Shown: in pieces, positions 59,001 to 64,000 of the stretch
Numbering within the stretch: the stretch's first letter is position 1
How the letters are laid out: each line of letters opens with the position of its first letter
The notes under the pieces: model-generated
Told to the model about the DNA's origin: nothing
What the model saw: only the letters and a program-made list of their open reading frames with translations
Databases searched by the model: none
Origin: a bacterium
GTDB taxonomy: Bacteria > Zhuqueibacterota > Zhuqueibacteria > Residuimicrobiales > Krinioviventaceae
Direction of reading: 5' to 3'
DNA length: 64,000 nucleotides
NCBI GenBank assembly: GCA_963675755.2
Contig: CAXXMD010000003.1
Span: 2,272,001 to 2,336,000, forward strand
Position numbers and translations under genes: made by a program

Positions 59001-62000
59001 TGTTCCGCTTGAAACATTGTCCGCTGCATTTTCCGGATATCCCCGTACGGGTAATGCACCACTTGAAGTCCAGTTCCAGGACTTGTCTTCAGTTAATGCT
59101 CAGCGGGTATACTTTGATCTGGAAGGATATTACAGTTATAATCAATTGCTTTCTATTGCTGAATCGGGAACGGTTCTGAATATTTCTCTTTCACCCGAGA
59201 TTGGAGAAGGTCAGATGCGTGTTGTGCTTTCATGGGGTGATGCACCCAGTGATCTCGATTTGCATATGAAAACACCTGCAATTGAAGGTAACACCTATGA
59301 AATATACTATAGCAGCAAAGGCAGCAGCACAAGCGCTCCTTATGCTGAACTGGATATTGATGATACCAGTGCTTATGGTCCTGAGACTATAACATTGTAT
59401 GATCAGTTTACCGGAACATATAAAGTATTTATATACAATTATTCGGGTTCACCGGATATCGTGACCTCTGGTGCTTCTCTTCAGGTTTTTGGTGACACCG
59501 GATTAAAAGAAACAATCAATGTACCTACAAGTGGTGAAGGTCGCTACTGGTATGTTTGTGATATTGACGGTGCTACCGGCAATGTTACGGTTATCAATAC
59601 CATTGGTTCTTCTGCTCCTGAAGGTGCACTTTTTACACCGCAAACTTATACCGCCAAAGCTCCACAACCACAGTACTCTCAGGGTCCTTTGATGAATACT
59701 GAATCAACTACATGGAAATGGGACTTTGATAATGACGGTGTTGTTGATGATATTTCTCAAAATCCAACCCACATTTATTCCACTCCGGGAACCTATACAG
59801 TTAAATTGACTGTTTCCAATGGCGAAAATGAGGATGTGGAAATTAAAGAAAATTATGTGACCGTAAGCGGCAGCTATGCTACCGTTAGCGGTAGAGTAAC
59901 CGACGCAGTAAATGGTGATCCCATTGCCGGAGCAACTATAGTTATTGCCGGCCAAACCACTACAACCGACGAGAATGGTAATTACGAATTAACCAATGTA
60001 CTGGTGGGCTCACTTTCAGCTGATTTTACCGGTTCACCACGATCAGGTACCAATCCGCTCACTGTACAGTTTGAGGACAAATCTTCAACCGGTGCACAGT
60101 TGCTTTCAGTTTCTGCGGACGGTTATTATGGTTATGAACAGTTGACCTCTGTTGAAGGATCTGGAGTAACTGTGAATGTTGCATTGTCACCCGAGATTGG
60201 TGAAGGCCAGATGCGCGTTGTTCTTACCTGGGGAGATACTCCCTCAGATCTGGATATCCACATGCTGACCCCGACAATTGAGGGTAACAAGTATGAGGTG
60301 TATTACAGTAACAAAGGCAGCAGCACCAGCGCACCTTTTGTTGAACTGGATATAGATGATACCAGTGCTTATGGCCCGGAAACCATAACCATGTACAGTC
60401 GTTCTACAGGTACCTACAAGGTATATGTACACAACTATTCCGGTAGTCCGGAAATAACCCAATCCAATGGTACTGTGCAGGTTTTTGGAGATACCGGATT
60501 ACTTGAAACCATACAGGCACCTACAATTGGTGAAGGTGATTACTGGAATGTCTGCAATATTGATGGAGTGACTGGACAGGTGGTTGTAATCAATACTCTC
60601 ACTGAAGCCGAACCGGAAGGTGCTCTGTTTGGCAGTAATCCTCAATTTACGGATTTGAAACCGTCTGTTAATTATATTGAAACTGCATCTACCTCGGGTT
60701 CTGTTACCAGCTGGCAATGGGATTTTGATGGTGACGGTACAATTGATTCAGAAGAAGAAAATCCGGCATTTACCTATACCGAACCGGGTTCTTATACTGT
60801 TAAGTTAACAGTGTCAGATGGTTTGACTCAAAAGACACGAACACGAGAGAGCTATATTAATGTAGATGAAAATACCACAACAAGTGGGTATTACCTGCTT
60901 GTGCATGGTATAAATAATGAACAATTCCCCAAAATTAACACATATGTTTCTGTGATCGATACTTCCAACGACGATGCACGCGTTCAAGTTGTTGATGGTT
61001 TATCAATTGGCAATTTTGATATCACAGAAAATGGTATTGATGAAAGTGTTACCAGTGTCAACAAAGTCAGCAGCAGCTATCCTGCAAAACTGGATATGGT
61101 TTTTGCTGTCGATATCTCTACCAATATGGCAAGTACCGTTTCATCATTAAAAACATATCTCTCAGCTCTGGGAGATTCGCTGAGTGCTCACGGTATTGAT
61201 TATCGATTTGGTTTAGTAACCTATAGTGACGCTATCAGCACTGTTGGTGAATTAACATCAGACAGTAAACAGTTAAAAACCTGGTTTGAAACTCTTGAAA
61301 CAGTTTCTGATACTCAGGGCGATGGCGTAACCAATTCACTGCTCGCGGTTTACAAGGCATCCCGATTGGGATTCAGAAACTATGCGGCAAAAGCGGTAAT
61401 GGTTATCACCAATAATTTCCATTACACTACCGCTCAGATCAGCGGAGTTGAATATACTGATTCTTCTCTGGCATATATGTTGAAAGAACAGGGTATTGTT
61501 TGTCACTATATAGGACCAGACAGTGAGAACACTTCTTACATCCTGCCTTATGTTACAGGTGGCGCTTTGATATCCTATGAACAGAATATGAGCAATGTGA
61601 TTGACGATCTAAAAGAGGTAATAACATCACTGTATGTTGTTTCTTATACAACGCTGAATACATCTACCTATGATGGTACCCGCAGTGTAGTTGTCAAGGC
61701 CGTAAGTGGCGACAAGAACGGATACGGTACAGGTCGTTACTTTGTTGGTTCTTCACGACTGGTTACCGAACCCGCGCAGATTCTGGGACTTGTTGGCAAT
61801 TATGTTACCTTGAATATCAATGGCGAATCACTGGTGAATGTGGATTCCTGCTATATCAGTCTGGATTATGATACAACAGCTTTGGATTTTGTTGGTCATT
61901 ATGCCGGATCATTCCTGAGTCAGGATGGATCATCACTGATCGAATCCGTAACTGATGTAAATGGCAGAATTACCATTCAATTGGGACGTAATGTAACTGC

Positions 62001-63141
62001 CGGCACTGTTGGAATTAACGGAACCGGTACGCTTTACGCTCTGCGCTTCCAGATTTTGAGTACTACCAGCAGTAATCCCGTATCTTTCAGTTCTTTCAAT
62101 CTCTGGGATCCCAACAGTACGGCGATTGCGGTACAATCACAGAATCCTACATTGGAATCACCTTATGTAAGCGGTACAACCAATTCACGATTGCTGGGAG
62201 ATTTTGACAACAGTCTGGCAATAGATACCCGAGATTTTGTATTGCTGGCAACCTATTGGAATACCACAAATCCGACAAATGGTGATATTGGTCCGGCAAC
62301 CGGATCAATGCCGTTCCTGACTGCTACTCCGGATAATTTGGTTTCTTATGAAGATCTGTTTGTCTTTACCCAGATGTGGAACTGGTACCACGACAATTAC
62401 AAAAATACAGGCTCATCATTGTCCAAAGTTACCAATAAAATTGGTTGGGCCGATGTTCCTGATCAGGAAAAAGAACGCACGGTTAAATTGAATATCACTG
62501 CACAAGAGATTGCAAACCTGGGGATGGGACATTTACAGGTTAAATATGATCCTACGGTATTGCGTTACAAATCAGCCAGTGCAGGTGATCTGATTAGCGA
62601 TAATAATGCGGCAATTGCATTTTTTGCTGATGATCAGTCAAAAGCAGGTGTGTTGGATATATCTTTGTCTCGCCTTGCTTCTGCCGAAAATTCACCCGAA
62701 ATTGCAGGAACCGGTGTTCTGGCAACTATCGAGTTTGAACGTGTAGATCTGGCTGCAGAGTCACAGGTTACCTTGAACAAGGTTGATCTGCGTAACTCGA
62801 GCAATCACCAGTTTATTCTGATGAGTGACATAGAGACTCAGGTGGCTGGTATGAAATTACCAACCAAATTTGAATTGAGCCAAAACTATCCAAACCCGTT
62901 CAACAATCGTACGACATTCCAGTACAGTCTGCCTCAGGATTCAAAGGTAGAGATCACTATCTATAATGTATTGGGACAACCGGTAAGAACTCTGGTTAAT
63001 ACCAGAATGGATGCAGGTGTTCATAACAAGGTTTGGGATGGAAATAACGATGTTGGCAACCTGGTCAGCAGCGGTGTTTATTTTGTACAAATGAAAGCCG
63101 GTACCTTTAAACAAATACGAGAAATCGTTTTCCTTAAATAG
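53014..63141 (+). CDS. Giant secreted multidomain surface protein: FG-GAP propeller, PKD, YCF48/BNR propeller, PKD, Reg_prop-like propeller, PKD, 4x [CarboxypepD-reg / PKD / YfaP-DUF2135], VWA, cohesin, dockerin-like, cohesin, FlgD/T9SS-like CTD
   Basis: FG.SV....LVVGA repeats, KTT.GG.TW repeats, W.WDF..DG PKD motifs, MR.VL.WG..P.DLD.H...YGPETIT (DUF2135), DMVFAVDIS (VWA), GDFDNSLAIDTRDFVLL, QNYPNPFN...SSGVYF. Start revised to ATG at 53014 (AAGGAG RBS). Confidence 0.88.
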   Translation: MKMNSIYKIMILLFLVPALVWGVVYNEARIVASDGAAADLFGFDVDATQSVMIVGAPGYDGSTDELLNSGAAYVYSIDGSQWYQQTIVTPDKPAAGEYFGSSVAIEGTTLVIAAPGDVESDPSDSYAGNVYVFNYTGAVWQQTQLLVPTVDDRAVGDVYGISVDISGDYIAVGASLHDQEALADAGVVYIFKKNESTWTHVQTITASDAAAGDQFGHAVSLDGNHLVVGAKGKDIVDPLVTDAGAAYFFTLASETWGQVYKYPENSTVPANFIGFGSSVSLSGTTAVVGCPADQTTDGSVYVFNYASESWSQNGDSPLTPASLDENTWWGKSVVTDGELILGGDYGYGTHGAAFTYTFDGTNWAYDQMLTPETSQEAGGDMFGFAAALAGNQLVVGARNGIGGDAGTVNTAGAVYVNSQVPLNAAFMGVPTTGYAAQEIVFTDQSTGDISAWLWNFGDGTTSTEQNPRHYYNAAGMYTVSLTVTQGVETDTEEKVEYITMQETQTFDDWKRVRLGADVEESLYDVQVLNETTAIAVGGWSNGHLLKTTDDGMIWSRTDFNDRLSDVYFVDDNTGYIVGNNGFIAKTTNGGETWSSSNHASNYYHDDVWFTDANTGYIIGIDYLGSNSGGWILKTTNGGESWTEIAVDKEVYPLTAIQFVDANVGYVVGGNTVNSNSGFVYKTTDAGATWTKVKDTSQKLWDVHFVNANTGYAVGRAGMLVKTTDAGATWSEYVWASPPKSFLSVDFLDENHGFVGMEGAEVAITEDGGTTWTISELGSLYHSLNSVDMHSSGDGYMVGQNGIILKYAVEPLLAAFQASPVTGTVPLTVNFTDQSTGDPVSWSWSFGDGSVDDSQNPSHVYEYPGTYTVSLTVSDGEEQNTALETNLITVRVNQPENYSWTCIPRETMFPGADQPVVNQMVFDPFDSTVVVATSRGVTEYSGIYWRNFQVTNNGNWPQVNAVAVDSSGRRWYGLSSGVRMFSPTDTTFHDPTESGVNDIYVAPDTTIWIATDAGLAHYDWETWTVYTKENSGLTENQVNRVTKVPGDPMMLISTNGGGLNAFDYQENTWETFTSEDGLPYDVVYNVVFGKNGQAWMALYHGGVVEFTDQDNFTVHTPIDDGEAGLYYSSVGVDSSGNIWAASANSGIARYDGVSWTTFDAESAELCSEMPRAKNILVEPNGNLWFGTQDAGMIRFGAPESQGVDFYANVTSGYAPLNVQFYGFASGGTPTYWSWDFENDGDIDVVGENEQNPSFTFSDPGVYTVKLFAPFGANNQQKIRYEYIHVLDDNDDAGDLSGQITDAVNGDGIPGATVRLGDLTTTTDVDGYYSFTDVPVTDLVADFIANPRSGNAPLNVQFSDLSAFGRMLLSVSATGYTDYSTLVNVSSDVTTFNVSMSPTIEEGGMRIVLSWGATPLDLDVHLLTPEIEGEAYEVYYSYKGNSSAAPYALLDLDDTNGYGPETITLYDTFTGTYKCYVYNYSGTPAITASNGVVRIYNDQGILETIYVPNNGEGNYWYVCDVDGATGSVTVVNTLSSSAPDGAVFNAEQAEVKPELPQMARNSGASTNAITSWQWDFDNDGTVDATDQNPSYTFEAGGTYTVKLTVSDGENTDTEIKENYVTVIGSTGSINGYVTDAVTGNALEGVTVTIAGRTTTTNSDGYYQIDNVPLADISAAFSAYPRSGNAPLSVQFQDLSSSNSERVYFSVDGYYAYNQLVSLDDEGTTLNVSLSPEVGEGQMRVVLTWGSAPSDLDLHMLTPEIGGNPYEIYYSNKGSSDSAPFAELDIDDTSAYGPETITLYDQFTGTYKVFIHNYSGSPDITASSGTIQVFGGTGLIETINVPTSGTGLYWYACDIDGATGAVTVVNTIETVEPEGAILNPLTYAAKVPQPQLSQGISTGNEVTSWQWDFDNDGVIDDDSQNPTFVYTTPGTYTVKLTVSDGQHSDSEIKQEYITVTGNYGSISGKVIDAVTGDPLENVTVTVAGMTTTTDASGNYVLNNVPLETLSAAFSGYPRTGNAPLEVQFQDLSSVNAQRVYFDLEGYYSYNQLLSIAESGTVLNISLSPEIGEGQMRVVLSWGDAPSDLDLHMKTPAIEGNTYEIYYSSKGSSTSAPYAELDIDDTSAYGPETITLYDQFTGTYKVFIYNYSGSPDIVTSGASLQVFGDTGLKETINVPTSGEGRYWYVCDIDGATGNVTVINTIGSSAPEGALFTPQTYTAKAPQPQYSQGPLMNTESTTWKWDFDNDGVVDDISQNPTHIYSTPGTYTVKLTVSNGENEDVEIKENYVTVSGSYATVSGRVTDAVNGDPIAGATIVIAGQTTTTDENGNYELTNVLVGSLSADFTGSPRSGTNPLTVQFEDKSSTGAQLLSVSADGYYGYEQLTSVEGSGVTVNVALSPEIGEGQMRVVLTWGDTPSDLDIHMLTPTIEGNKYEVYYSNKGSSTSAPFVELDIDDTSAYGPETITMYSRSTGTYKVYVHNYSGSPEITQSNGTVQVFGDTGLLETIQAPTIGEGDYWNVCNIDGVTGQVVVINTLTEAEPEGALFGSNPQFTDLKPSVNYIETASTSGSVTSWQWDFDGDGTIDSEEENPAFTYTEPGSYTVKLTVSDGLTQKTRTRESYINVDENTTTSGYYLLVHGINNEQFPKINTYVSVIDTSNDDARVQVVDGLSIGNFDITENGIDESVTSVNKVSSSYPAKLDMVFAVDISTNMASTVSSLKTYLSALGDSLSAHGIDYRFGLVTYSDAISTVGELTSDSKQLKTWFETLETVSDTQGDGVTNSLLAVYKASRLGFRNYAAKAVMVITNNFHYTTAQISGVEYTDSSLAYMLKEQGIVCHYIGPDSENTSYILPYVTGGALISYEQNMSNVIDDLKEVITSLYVVSYTTLNTSTYDGTRSVVVKAVSGDKNGYGTGRYFVGSSRLVTEPAQILGLVGNYVTLNINGESLVNVDSCYISLDYDTTALDFVGHYAGSFLSQDGSSLIESVTDVNGRITIQLGRNVTAGTVGINGTGTLYALRFQILSTTSSNPVSFSSFNLWDPNSTAIAVQSQNPTLESPYVSGTTNSRLLGDFDNSLAIDTRDFVLLATYWNTTNPTNGDIGPATGSMPFLTATPDNLVSYEDLFVFTQMWNWYHDNYKNTGSSLSKVTNKIGWADVPDQEKERTVKLNITAQEIANLGMGHLQVKYDPTVLRYKSASAGDLISDNNAAIAFFADDQSKAGVLDISLSRLASAENSPEIAGTGVLATIEFERVDLAAESQVTLNKVDLRNSSNHQFILMSDIETQVAGMKLPTKFELSQNYPNPFNNRTTFQYSLPQDSKVEITIYNVLGQPVRTLVNTRMDAGVHNKVWDGNNDVGNLVSSGVYFVQMKAGTFKQIREIVFLK
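56885..60865 (+). repeat. Four tandem intragenic repeats of about 996 bp (about 332 aa)
   Basis: The W-x-W-D-F-D motif begins at 57721, 58717, 59713 and 60712, giving periods of 996, 996 and 999 nt. Protein similarity is high with many synonymous differences. Confidence 0.92.
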
Positions 63142-63144
63142 TAT

Positions 63145-63179
63145 AAAAGCCCCGGGTGCTCAGCCCGGGGCTTTTTTTT
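63145..63179 (+). terminator. Rho-independent terminator
   Basis: AAAAGCCCCGGG-tgctcag-CCCGGGGCTTTTTTTT directly after the stop of the giant gene. Confidence 0.93.
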
Positions 63180-63281
63180 ATTCCTGCTTTTCGCTTTTCC
63201 TTATTTATATCTCACCTAATTCCTTGTATTCACAATTAATTCTTTGTACCTTTTAAATTGTCAAAATTACAGGATATATCG

Positions 63282-64000
63282 TTGGATAAAGAGCGCAGAG
63301 ACCTGACGCAGGGTAGTATTGTAAAAAATCTTTGGATATTGGCCATCCCCATGATGGCGACCAATGCTTTGCAGACGGTATTTAATATAGTGGATATGAT
63401 GTTTGTGGGGCGGCTGGGCGCAGCCCCGGTTGCCGCAGTTTCGATTGTTGGTAATATTTTAATGATCCTTTTTGCATTGATATTGGGGATCAGTATAGCA
63501 ACCGGAGCAATGGTATCCCGAAGTTTTGGCGCAAAGGATTTTGATAATGTGAATCATGTTGCATTACAGTCCATGATCTTTGGTGCTTATTTAGGATTGT
63601 TTCTCTCAATTATAGGCTATTTTATTGCGCCGTATCTCATCAATATATTTGGTGTGGAATTGGACGTGCATAATATGGCTACTGTCTATATGCGTATCCT
63701 GTTCGCGGGATCCATTCCCATGGCATTGTCCTTTTTATCCGCTTCCATTTTTCAGGCAGTTGGTGACGCCAAAACTGCCATGTGGATCATGTTGGTAGCG
63801 GTTCTATTGAATGCAATCATGGACCCGTTGTTGATTTTTGGATTGGGACCTTTTCCCCGGTTAGAGGTAGCTGGCGCTGCCTGGGCAACAACCCTTGCCC
63901 GTACGGTTGGTATGGTCATAGCTATTCTGTTTCTGATTGTTAAAAAGACCCATCTACATATCAAATGGGAATCCTATAAAATTGACTGGGACCTGCTGAG
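63282..64000 (+). CDS. MATE family efflux transporter (partial, runs off the window end)
   Basis: Absent from the ORF track because it has no stop. Manual translation from TTG at 63282 (AGGA RBS) gives MDKERRDLTQGSIVKNLWILAIPMMATNALQTVFNIVDMMFVGRLG... and later GDAKTAM...DPLLIFGLGPFPRLEVAGAAWAT. Confidence 0.9.
   Translation, partial: MDKERRDLTQGSIVKNLWILAIPMMATNALQTVFNIVDMMFVGRLGAAPVAAVSIVGNILMILFALILGISIATGAMVSRSFGAKDFDNVNHVALQSMIFGAYLGLFLSIIGYFIAPYLINIFGVELDVHNMATVYMRILFAGSIPMALSFLSASIFQAVGDAKTAMWIMLVAVLLNAIMDPLLIFGLGPFPRLEVAGAAWATTLARTVGMVIAILFLIVKKTHLHIKWESYKIDWDLL

Noticed and set aside
56885-60865. Tandem repeats as a diversity-generating retroelement template/variable pair or an assembly artefact
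   Set aside because: Differences are not adenine-specific and are often synonymous, there is no reverse transcriptase in the window, and the copies are too diverged to be an assembly duplication.
63752-63964. 70-aa minus-strand ORF
   Set aside because: Antisense to the MATE transporter that runs off the window end.

Overview
Gene-dense, roughly 40% GC chromosomal window from a diderm bacterium, probably of the FCB superphylum (KSB1/Calditrichota-like). This placement is inferred from the FlgD-type 'PNPF' C-terminal domains, PorV/PorQ-like barrels, the GWxTD protein and the PD40-Omp85 protein. I see no rRNA, tRNA, CRISPR array, transposase, integrase or phage gene. Content in order: a REP-like mosaic; a PHP / CDP-alcohol phosphatidyltransferase / GNAT operon; GWxTD, yitJ-like and peptidase-PD40-Omp85 genes; a Tat-exported Ig-rich lipoprotein; a 2188-aa secreted metallophosphoesterase on a long repeat stalk followed by two FadL/PorV-superfamily barrels; a zwf-opcA-pgl-cysE-DUF4432-ABC operon; a metallophosphoesterase with an inserted lectin-like domain; a fucI-ddl-CHASE2 cyclase-rlmB-CPBP-PP2C run; a TonB receptor plus MarR with a perfect 20-bp palindrome; mtaB-miaB-PIN/PhoH; a second TonB receptor; a three-gene surface operon; and a truncated MATE gene. 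The surface operon (51280-63141) is the most unusual element. It encodes an SH3-in-Ig protein, a cohesin-like lipoprotein and a ~3375-aa secreted protein. The giant protein carries a cohesin-dockerin-cohesin tail and four ~332-aa repeats in which two Ig-like domains are interleaved (A1-B1-A2-C-B2) rather than arranged in tandem. All domain calls come from visual motif recognition; no database searches were run.
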